The notes below the pieces were generated by a model. That model did no database searches. It saw nothing but the letters and a program-made list of their open reading frames with translations, and was not told the DNA's origin. This document shows positions 20,874-29,470 of a stretch of 64,000 nucleotides of DNA, piece after piece. Numbering within the stretch: position 1 is the stretch's first letter; the number at the start of each line of letters is the position of its first letter. The stretch is taken from contig JAUFOR010000004.1 of the NCBI GenBank assembly GCA_040285745.1, positions 310,001-374,000 of the forward strand, given 5' to 3'. Made by a program: the position numbers and the translations under genes. This stretch comes from Barthelona sp. PCE (lineage: Eukaryota).

Positions 20874-21734
20874 ATGGGAAAGTCGAGACCTGAGCATCAA
20901 GCACCACCAGAAATCTACTACGGTGTAGATAATGCAGCACAATACGCAAAGAACAGCAGAAATCAGACAATTCAACGTATGATGACAGAACGATCAATAG
21001 AGCTTCTGGAACTCGATTCCTCTCCCTCTTTTCTTCTGGACATTGGCTGTGGAACTGGATTTTCAGGTCAAACAATCACAAACGAAGGACATCTTTGGGT
21101 AGGGTGCGATATTGCTCCTGAGATGCTCAGACACGCCAGACACAACTGTGTCGACGGTGATCTGATGCTATTGGATATCGGTGAGGGTTTACCATTCAGA
21201 ACAGGTGTTTTTGATGGAGCCATCTCTATTTCAGTTATTCAGTGGCTTTGCCAGGCTGATAAGTCATACCACCACCCCAGAAAACGCCTGTTACGATTCT
21301 TTACTAGCCTATATGCAAGTCTGAAACCACGTGCAAAAGCAGTACTTCAATTCTACCCAGAAAACGATGATCAAATTGCAATGATCGAGAATGCAGCGCT
21401 AAATGCAGGTTTCTGTGGAGGTATTGTGGTTGACTATCCAAACTCTACAAAGGCAAAGAAGTTTTACTTAGTACTAATGGTCAGTAAGTCAGGTGATGCT
21501 TTTGAGCTGCCAGAAGGTAAGACAGAGGTCACAGAACACGATATACTAAAGGCTAGAGTTGCACACAATGACAAACGGAGATGGATTACTCATATCGAAA
21601 AAGAAAAAGCTTCTAGAGCTAAAAAAGGGTCAAAACGATGGATTAAGCAGAAGAAAACAGCACAGAGGCGCAAGGGCGTACGTGTAACGAATGATTCAAA
21701 GTATACAGGACGTCGTCGCCGTAACAAATTCTAG
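20874..21734 (+). CDS. BUD23: 18S rRNA m7G methyltransferase Bud23/WBSCR22
   Basis: SRPEHQAPPEIYY, LLDIGCGTGFSG, FDGAISISVIQWLC, VDYPNSTKAKKFYLVL and DSKYTGRRR motifs. Confidence 0.95.
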   Translation: MGKSRPEHQAPPEIYYGVDNAAQYAKNSRNQTIQRMMTERSIELLELDSSPSFLLDIGCGTGFSGQTITNEGHLWVGCDIAPEMLRHARHNCVDGDLMLLDIGEGLPFRTGVFDGAISISVIQWLCQADKSYHHPRKRLLRFFTSLYASLKPRAKAVLQFYPENDDQIAMIENAALNAGFCGGIVVDYPNSTKAKKFYLVLMVSKSGDAFELPEGKTEVTEHDILKARVAHNDKRRWITHIEKEKASRAKKGSKRWIKQKKTAQRRKGVRVTNDSKYTGRRRRNKF

Positions 21735-21755
21735 TTTATTCCTTATTTAAATAAA

Positions 21756-22409
21756 TCACATGAAGTTGTCCTCATAATCAGAAACTGTCTGATTTTCATT
21801 ACTGTAAGTCATATCTAAGTCATTCTCGAAGAAACCTTCATAGCTCCTCTCCCTACGTTCTTCCTCTCGCTTCTGTTCAGCCTCTCGCTCCCTACGTAGC
21901 TGTTCCTTCCGCCTCTGCTTCTTCATATGTGCAATTTGTCGCAGACGACGATTTTTGAGCTGTTCAAAGTCTACCGTCTGGTCTTCACTCTTCAGCTGAT
22001 TCAGAACACGTAAACGATCCCTATCCTTCGTACACATCACGTCTGTGACTTGGTTAGTGCGTCTAAAGGAAACGGTACCGACATTAAAGTGAGCGTGCTT
22101 AACCAAATTTTCCCATGGTGTAATATGAATATTTACCGAGTTTTTCTTGCGTCCCTCGATGCTGTTGTCCTTGGTGAGCTGTGCTACATCCTGAATAATT
22201 GATTGTGGAACATCAGCCATGGTTTCTTCTGGATCTAGCACTATGTACAGATGTGCACTTGAATAGTTGTCAACATGGAACCAAATGAGTCCCTCAAAGC
22301 CATATGCAATGAGCTCATCATTCTCAAACTTGTCACGACCCATCATAACACGGTATTCTCGACGAGGTGTATTTTCGTCTTCGTATGGAATAAGAAAGAA
22401 AAAGACCAT
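21756..22409 (-). CDS. CCDC25: CCDC25/Jlp2-like NFACT-R domain protein
   Basis: MGRDKFENDELI, WFHVDNYSSAHLY, QLTKDNSIEGRK and C-terminal DYEDNFM. Confidence 0.9.
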   Translation of the reverse strand: MVFFFLIPYEDENTPRREYRVMMGRDKFENDELIAYGFEGLIWFHVDNYSSAHLYIVLDPEETMADVPQSIIQDVAQLTKDNSIEGRKKNSVNIHITPWENLVKHAHFNVGTVSFRRTNQVTDVMCTKDRDRLRVLNQLKSEDQTVDFEQLKNRRLRQIAHMKKQRRKEQLRREREAEQKREEERRERSYEGFFENDLDMTYSNENQTVSDYEDNFM

Positions 22410-22868
22410 TACTCTGTATCGTTTGTAATGCGATTTATGCTTAGTATTGAAAGGGTGATGAAATATTCAACAACATTTTTTGTCGTAGCAGAGTATTAAG
22501 TCAATTATTGAAGACATAATGGGTTTATTTCATGCAAATAATCGGTAGGTAGGAGTGTTCAGTCCACAAAAAAGAACATAAACAGTCTAAGTACATGCTT
22601 GAGTAAATAGATTCTCGAAATATACTTATTTATTATTCATTTGCAGATTATAATATATTTTAAACACAGTGATATTGTTAAAGGGCTGTAAATGTATATT
22701 TGATATTCCTGTACAAAATTGTGGATAAACAATAATTTAAAACCATATATGTTGTGAAAAAGAGCATAATGAAACACCAAAAAACCGACAACCATGATGT
22801 ACAATGCAGAAGGACTGATAAACAATTTTGTTTTCAATTTTCTCTACTTTTTCAACAAATTGAACCAA

Positions 22869-23774
22869 ATGCTGAATACATTTGGAGTCACAGAGGACGA
22901 GTTCGCCATCTCACAGGGGAAAACAAAGCTTTACGCAACAGCATCACAGAGAGAAAAACTTAGTGTTCGTTCTGGCGCTAGGGCAAGAATCTTTCTCAAC
23001 CCATCTGCAAAGAACACATCCAAAAACGAGAAAAAGGAGTCATATTCGGGTGAATGGCTTAACAATGCCATGCACGGTTATGGAGAGTACGGTTACAGAG
23101 ATGGATCTGTTTATGTAGGTTCTTTCCATCAGAACTGTCGCTCAGGCATCGGCAGTTTGTATATTCCAGACGAGCACGGAAAATTAATGCTTGTATATGA
23201 GGGTCATTGGGAAAAGGATCATTTTGACGGAGCTGGAACTCTTTACACACATAACGAAGACGGCACGACAGACGTGTACAAGGGGGAGTTCTCTGAAGAT
23301 TTGAGGAATGGTGAAGGGTACCTTGCCACGGAAGAATACGTTTATATTGGAAATTTCAGAGATGATATGAAAAGTGGATATGGTGTTGTCATATATAAGA
23401 ATGGTAATAGGTTTGTAGGTGAGTTTGAGATGGATATGAAGCATGGTGAAGGAACTTATTATTTTTATTCAACGCAGCGGAAATTAATTGGGTTATACGT
23501 GGAAGATATTTGCAAAGTTTCTAGTTTTGAGGACTGGTCAGAAGATGATAAAGAGGAGTTCACACGTTATTTAGAGTATGTAGATGTCGATAACTTACCT
23601 GAATTAGTTCCACAAGAAGATTTCAGACCTCTACCCGCTCTTGGTCTGCTCGATCCAAATGCAGTGTTGATGGCTGCCGCTGAGAAATACCTGAATGAGG
23701 AGGATAACGAACCGGTGGAAGAGGAAGAGTATGTGGACATACACGAAGAGGATGATGATGATGAAGATATGTAA
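22869..23774 (+). CDS. MORN3: MORN-repeat protein, MORN3-like (alternative start 22794)
   Basis: About 7 MORN repeats (YSGEW..AMHGYG, YEGHW..FDGAG, KNGNRFVGEF..MKHGEG), the MORN3-like tail PLPALGLLDPNAVL, and an acidic end. Confidence 0.75.
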   Translation: MLNTFGVTEDEFAISQGKTKLYATASQREKLSVRSGARARIFLNPSAKNTSKNEKKESYSGEWLNNAMHGYGEYGYRDGSVYVGSFHQNCRSGIGSLYIPDEHGKLMLVYEGHWEKDHFDGAGTLYTHNEDGTTDVYKGEFSEDLRNGEGYLATEEYVYIGNFRDDMKSGYGVVIYKNGNRFVGEFEMDMKHGEGTYYFYSTQRKLIGLYVEDICKVSSFEDWSEDDKEEFTRYLEYVDVDNLPELVPQEDFRPLPALGLLDPNAVLMAAAEKYLNEEDNEPVEEEEYVDIHEEDDDDEDM

Positions 23775-23776
23775 AA

Positions 23777-24136
23777 TCAAGTTTTTTCTTTTTTTTTGGT
23801 TACATTTAAAAATTCTGACATTGATTTGTTGATTAATTTTTGGTTGTGCTGCATGAATCTTGCTCTCTGACGAAGTAAATATTCATTAAAAGCTTGAACA
23901 TCAGATTTTTTCAACTGAGTTTTGTTTTGCACATACTTTTCTTTTGTAGGTGCTTCTTCAACCTCAGAAGGGAATAAAAAGTTGTACACATCATCTATCA
24001 CAGTACATAATGCTGTGGAAGCATCACATGGTACGTTAAAAATCAATGAATGAAGTGCTCGAAAGTCAGACCCAATATATGGTACATGGAAGAAAGAACC
24101 CTTGATAGCTGCGCGTATTTGCCCTTGTTTGTCCAT
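23777..24136 (-). CDS. Small hypothetical protein (119 aa)
   Basis: The ATG-initiated ORF fills the gap between two genes; no motif recognised. Confidence 0.55.
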   Translation of the reverse strand: MDKQGQIRAAIKGSFFHVPYIGSDFRALHSLIFNVPCDASTALCTVIDDVYNFLFPSEVEEAPTKEKYVQNKTQLKKSDVQAFNEYLLRQRARFMQHNQKLINKSMSEFLNVTKKKEKT

Positions 24137-24195
24137 GAATTAGTTAAATAACACAATTACAGCAAAATATTAGTTTTTAAGTTCCTTTTCACCAT

Positions 24196-24780
24196 ATGGA
24201 ATCAAGAGATTCCAGTGTTTCCACTCTTTTAGAGCAGGAAAGGAGCAGTAATCTTGGCATATTTAGTTTAAGGCGTTCAATACGTCAGTTCTCCGATGAT
24301 CCAGTAGATTTACATGAGTTAAATGAGCTCCTTGAGTATATAATTAAAGTTACCTGCTCTGCGGGTAATTTAAGAGCTTTTCACCTGCATATTGTGACTA
24401 ATCCGGATTTGAGGAACTATATCTTTCACAAGTGCCACAAACAACGCGTTGTGGGACAAGCTCCAGTGATCATTGTCGTGGCTGCCGATACAGATCGGAA
24501 TGAACACAAATATAAAACCCGCAGTTCCTTCTATGCTACATGTGACGCAACAATCATTGCGAACAATATACTTCTCGCACTACCCGCCCTTGGTCTTGGT
24601 GGCACTTATGTTGGGGCGTTCTCTGATGATTTATTGGCAAATCTAGGTATCAACCAACGTACAATAGCAGTACTTCCCATTGGTTACCCTGATCCTAATA
24701 GAAGACAGCGCCAGAGACGAGAAATTGACCCTAGCGAATACATAAGTGAATTAACAATGCCAGAAATCGAAGAAAAATAA
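24196..24780 (+). CDS. FMN-dependent nitroreductase family protein
   Basis: RRSIRQF, SAGN, DATIIANNILLALPALGLGGTYVGAF and LPIGYP motifs. Confidence 0.88.
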   Translation: MESRDSSVSTLLEQERSSNLGIFSLRRSIRQFSDDPVDLHELNELLEYIIKVTCSAGNLRAFHLHIVTNPDLRNYIFHKCHKQRVVGQAPVIIVVAADTDRNEHKYKTRSSFYATCDATIIANNILLALPALGLGGTYVGAFSDDLLANLGINQRTIAVLPIGYPDPNRRQRQRREIDPSEYISELTMPEIEEK

Positions 24781-24807
24781 TTCATTGCTCTTTTATTTTT
24801 CATACAA

Positions 24808-25998
24808 TTATTCTACATGAGCCATTTCTGAAAAATTTCTTGCTAAATTAAGTATGCTGTTCCTTCTCTTCTCTTGTGCTGTGATCACAGGACTCAAGCT
24901 CTCAATCGTACGATTCACTTCATCGTTATAAACATACAACATCATGATCTGCTTCTTCTTCGACTCTAATTGCTTAGTCAGCTCCTCCAGCTTGCTTGCA
25001 AGAACTTGGTCTGGATTTTCCTTCAACATATTCGAATAAACCAGATAGGTCTTCATTAATTCATCATATTCTCTTTGGAGTGCGATTTTTAAATCTGCAT
25101 CCAATTTTTGACTGTGACCTGCTGAGACTTCATGCTTTGCCCTATAGCTTGCCTTTGGTGTTGTTGGGATGTTCTCATCCTCACTTGAAAGTGAATATTT
25201 TGGAATAGTTGGGATTATGACATTGGACGTTCTCTTCTTCTTCTTATGCTCAACAACGTCGGTCTTGACGTGGCCCAGTGCCCTCTGTACATTCACAGGA
25301 ACTGAAAAACTCTTTGCTGTTGATGTTCCTGTCTGAAAAGGTAATGCTAACGAACTTCTTGATCTTTTCTTCTTTTTTTTCACAACCTTCTTCTTCTTCT
25401 TCTTCTTCTTAGGTTTGGTTGACAGTCGTTGCACGAGGTCTTCGTTAGCCTGAAGTACATGCTGCAGTGTTTCTTCTATATTCCTCCTATCTTTCTTTGC
25501 ATCATCACTTATCTTAACTAGCTGCATTATCTCATGCTTTGTTTCATCAAGCTCTGATTCAAGCATGTTGACGTGCTTGGATAAAAATGCATTTTGGTTC
25601 GTTAAAGTTGTCTTCTCTGTTACAGCACACTTTTCAACTTCAGCAATCTCATTTGCAACTTGTAAACGAGATACTTGGCTTTCTTCAAGCTTATCATACA
25701 GCCCCTTGTTGATAGATTCAAGATCTGTTATGCGCTCCAACAAATGTGAACGTTCCAATCGCATACTTTGAATCTCCTGTTCTAACAATGTTTTGTTATC
25801 TTCATTATTCTTTTTAAGGGCAGCAATGTCGCTCTCAGAGCGCTCCCGTAACTTCTCAAGATCTTCTAAAGCCTTCTTATAAGATTCTGACAAGAACCGG
25901 TTCTCCGATTCCAAATTTCGAACCTTATCCTGTAAGGAATGCATCGCACCAAGGACAGCGCGTGAATCTGTGCAACCCATGCCTAAAATATTTGACAT
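24808..25998 (-). CDS. CEP57: Centrosomal protein CEP57/translokin-like
   Basis: SRAVLGAMHSLQDKVRNLE, coiled coil, poly-K, LPFQTGTSTAKSFSVPVNVQ (PINC-like motif) and C-terminal LEELTKQLESKKKQI. Confidence 0.78.
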   Translation of the reverse strand: MSNILGMGCTDSRAVLGAMHSLQDKVRNLESENRFLSESYKKALEDLEKLRERSESDIAALKKNNEDNKTLLEQEIQSMRLERSHLLERITDLESINKGLYDKLEESQVSRLQVANEIAEVEKCAVTEKTTLTNQNAFLSKHVNMLESELDETKHEIMQLVKISDDAKKDRRNIEETLQHVLQANEDLVQRLSTKPKKKKKKKKVVKKKKKRSRSSLALPFQTGTSTAKSFSVPVNVQRALGHVKTDVVEHKKKKRTSNVIIPTIPKYSLSSEDENIPTTPKASYRAKHEVSAGHSQKLDADLKIALQREYDELMKTYLVYSNMLKENPDQVLASKLEELTKQLESKKKQIMMLYVYNDEVNRTIESLSPVITAQEKRRNSILNLARNFSEMAHVE

Positions 25999-26197
25999 TG
26001 TAGCTGTGCAAAAGGAAGTAAAAATTCAAACGTATAGAACATGAAGTTAAACAATATGTAGATGCCTGATCTGGTAGAATGTACACTGATTACTGGCTTA
26101 AACTCAAGTAAATGTATGCCGCACAAAAATATGAAGAGAAGCTCTGTTCGATTCTTAATAACTTCCTTTTTTATTTCTAACCTCTTTCATTTTATAA

Positions 26198-26278
26198 GTA
26201 TGTATTCCACCTATATAGTGTTCCCCGTAATGTAGGAGCGCCATATGATAGTACAAAATAAGGATATCTAACTTTAAG
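26198..26278 (+). other. 5'-UTR spliceosomal intron of the eS7 gene, 81 nt
   Basis: GTATGT...TCTAACTTTAAG fits the consensus of the six coding introns. It ends 2 nt before the ATG and follows a pyrimidine-rich leader. Confidence 0.75.
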
Positions 26279-26280
26279 AA

Positions 26281-26841
26281 ATGTCTTTCACTGCTCAATC
26301 CCTCATTGTCAAGGAAGGTGTCATCACCGAACTTGAGAACAATGTCGCCGAGATTCTCTTCGAGCTCAAGGAGTCCTCTGACTTCGCTGATATCACCAAG
26401 ATCAGAATTTGTGCTGCTGAGCGTCACGAGACCGAGGCCGGTACCGCTGTCGTAATCACCGTCCCTTACATCTGCCACACCTTCCTCCGTGTTTTCCAGG
26501 TTGATCTGACTGATGTCCTCTCCAAGAAGCTTAACGAGACCGTTTTCTTCGTTGTCAAGAGAAGCATCCTTGCCCCCGAGTCCAAGACCACCAAGAAGGC
26601 TAGCCAGAAGCGCCCTCGTTCCAGAACCCTCACTGCTGTCCACACCGCTATTCTCGAGGATCTCATCTTCCCTGAAGAGGTCACCGCCAGAAGAGTCCGT
26701 TACTCCATGACTAAGGGTGCTGAGCGTGTCGAGAAGATTGCCATCTCTTGCAACCGTCTCACTCACGATTACTATCCCGTCCTTTCTCGTGTTTATGAGA
26801 ACATTACCGGTAGAAAGACTGTTTTCTCCAACAAGCTCTAA
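26281..26841 (+). CDS. RPS7: 40S ribosomal protein eS7
   Basis: QKRPRSRTLTAVHTAILEDLIFPEEV; strong C-ending codon bias. Confidence 0.95.
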   Translation: MSFTAQSLIVKEGVITELENNVAEILFELKESSDFADITKIRICAAERHETEAGTAVVITVPYICHTFLRVFQVDLTDVLSKKLNETVFFVVKRSILAPESKTTKKASQKRPRSRTLTAVHTAILEDLIFPEEVTARRVRYSMTKGAERVEKIAISCNRLTHDYYPVLSRVYENITGRKTVFSNKL

Positions 26842-26879
26842 GCTGTAGGAATAAAAATGAGGTATTTTACAACATAACT

Positions 26880-28742
26880 TTAGCGACCTAACATAGCTTG
26901 GAAGGATTTTTGCACCTTGAATAAAATGGATTGTTGAGTCTTATCATCCAATTCATAACCCAAAAGTGTCTCCTCTGCTTGATCTCTCTGTTCTTTTAAG
27001 CGTTGTGCTCTATTTCTGTTTTCTTTCTCTCTTCTAGTTTCTCTCTCAAACAATGATTGTAAAATGGTCTTTTCTGAACTTGAACTGTGGACAAGACTGT
27101 TACTCATATGCACAATATGAACATCACCATTCTTAACACCAACTGCAGCACGTTGACCACGACCCTGACCTGCATTCTCAATTTCAACCTTGTGAAGGCC
27201 TGCATTCGAAAGATGAAGGGAGATGACAGGTCCTGTCTGCTTATGAAGGACATCCCAGACATCCAAGTGACCATCCAGCCTTGTTGTAAGGAAGCATGAA
27301 GGACGTGTGGGAGACCACTGACCTGAAGTGAGGTAAGATGAGTGGTAGTGTGTCGTAACGATGGGGGAGCGGAGTGCCTCCTCTTCATACCAAACTTTCG
27401 CAACCCAGTCACCAACGGACAAGAAATAACGAGGAAACGCCGGGTTACGCGAGATAGAGAGAACAGGACCAAGGTGAGCGTTATCATACGCAGTTCCAAT
27501 ACGGTCCGTAACGCTCTTGACCTTTCTGTTACCGGGGAGAATGCTTCCCTGCTCTGTACCAATCAAAAACTTATTAGGTCCTGCGCTGATGTCGTAATTG
27601 AGACATACACCGCCGTGGAGCATACCCTGACCATGTGCCTGTAATGAGAGGGATTCTGTAGGTTCGGAGAGCTTACGGATATCCCAGAACAAGGCCTTTC
27701 CATCGGTAGAGACAGAGAGCAACTCACAAGCACTCTTCGATTGAAGCCACCTCAGGGCAAAAACGGGATCCTCGTGTGAGTGTTCGATAGCAGAACTGTC
27801 AAGCACTGAACCACTCTTACGAACATCCCAAACTGTAATGAGACCATTCTGACAACCACCAGCCAACAGATGCATATCACGGGGGTTGTACTGCAACGAA
27901 ACGACGGGCCATGGGGGTGTGAGAGTCATGAGAGGTGCGTTAGGGCTGTTTAGATCCCAAATATAAGAAGCACAACTGGTATCTTCCAATGAAGGCTGGA
28001 AAGTTGACTCAGAGTAAGCAACAGCGAGCTTTGATCCGTCATCAGGGTAGAATGAGATATCATAAGCTGTTCTGCGACCTGCACCATGAGGATCGTGTAG
28101 TAAGACAAGAGATCTGGCTGATGGAGGTTCAGATGCCGCCTCGTCAGCAGCCTCTTCAACAAAGTAATCCTCGTAGATATCAAACGTCTGGTTCTGGTTG
28201 AAAGGTTCCATTGCTTTTCCTGATAACTTAACAACAGCATTAATAAACTTCTCATCTTTCTCAACTTTCTTTCGATAACTGCTTGTATTCTCAGCCGAGG
28301 TGGGGTCGATCGTCTTCGGCCAGCCTCCCTCAATGTGCTGCATACCTGTGTGCATGACCTCGTGTCTTTCAGTGTTAATCTAAATGTTAATTATTGAATT
28401 TTTTCGAAACTTTTGGTATTATCGAACTTGGTTCTTCATCAGCAATAACATTCTCCTTTTTCCTTGGACCGTTGGGTATCCTGAAGAAGAAATGCCTGTG
28501 ACACTCAAACCACATCACAAATAACCAAATAAAAATATTCATACTTCGTGAACAGAGTAGTCGGCAATACAGCTCACACCGATGCTTCTACGCACCTTTT
28601 GCATGAACTGCTCCTGCTTTTGAGGTTCAGGAGGGATATCAAGCAAAGAAGCTGACATCGCTTCAAATTGAGCTGTAGGGCGTCCAAAACTCTTTCTAAG
28701 TCGCGTGTACTCGCGTACAATGTCCAATGATAATGTCGCCAT
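26880..28742 (-). CDS. DNAI2: Axonemal outer-arm dynein intermediate chain 2 (IC2/ODA6); exons 28545-28742 and 26880-28379
   Basis: Spliced ...SVHE|INTERHE...HIEGGWPK...RKKVEKDE, WD40 repeats, FLIGTEQG, FLSVGDW, WSPTRP and FERETRREK. Confidence 0.92.
28380..28544 (-). other. Spliceosomal intron, 165 nt, phase 0 (DNAI2)
   Basis: GTATGA...ATTAACATTTAG; joins two conserved DNAI2 segments in frame. Confidence 0.9.
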
Positions 28743-28757
28743 CCTGTGAGAAAACTA

Positions 28758-28767
28758 TGAAAGGGGT
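28758..28767 (-). promoter_or_regulatory. Representative core-promoter/initiator-like element ACCCCTTTCA
   Basis: The same CCCWTTCA motif lies 0-50 nt upstream of many ATGs in the window (see findings). Confidence 0.55.
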
Positions 28768-29470
28768 TTAATATCAAAAACGAGAATCGATGTTAATAGA
28801 GCATATACGCAACGTGAATTGCGGATGACTGTACCAGCACGTGCACTCCAACCCTTCGTCATTCTCAATACGAGTAAATACCCTGCCAAAAGAGTTTTTC
28901 CTTTCAAAACACAAGATTATTCGCGGTAGATGAGTGTTAAGTACTATACTACAGCGGCTGTGGGAATTAATATGTCTTATAACATACCAAGTTCAACATT
29001 CTACTTTTTTACAGTTGCCTTCACATTAAACTCACCACAAACACAATAAACTCATATTTCGTATACTTTTATACCTTAATATCCTTCCAAATTGATTTTA
29101 ATAATGAAAAAGGTTAGTTATTTTTCTTTGAGGACATAGTAACTCTTATTTGATCAATGTATCCAGTTTCTGTTTCAATGTACTGGTTCACTGCCACAAC
29201 ACTGAGTAAAACACTGTTCTCAAAGTACATGTTCTTAAACAATTTCAATTCTCAAGATGCCGGGGGGGGTGAGAAGATCATTTACAACTTTGCCAGATGA
29301 ATGAAGGAATGATCTCAAGTTTAATTCCAAGAAAATCAGATGGCAAGACAATGACAAATCTTGCTTACTCTTTCCAACCTTTTCCACATAGTTTCCTTTC
29401 AAGGAGTATCTATTATATCTACCGAAACGGGTATTTTCTTCATTTATATCTTGAATATCATTAAATAGCC

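Noticed and set aside
28430-28520. C/D snoRNA inside the DNAI2 intron (GTGATGT...CTGA, 8-nt match to SSU CAAUAACA)
   Set aside because: Box C is imperfect, there is no D'/C' pair and the guide is too short. The structure is explained as intron-compacting stems.
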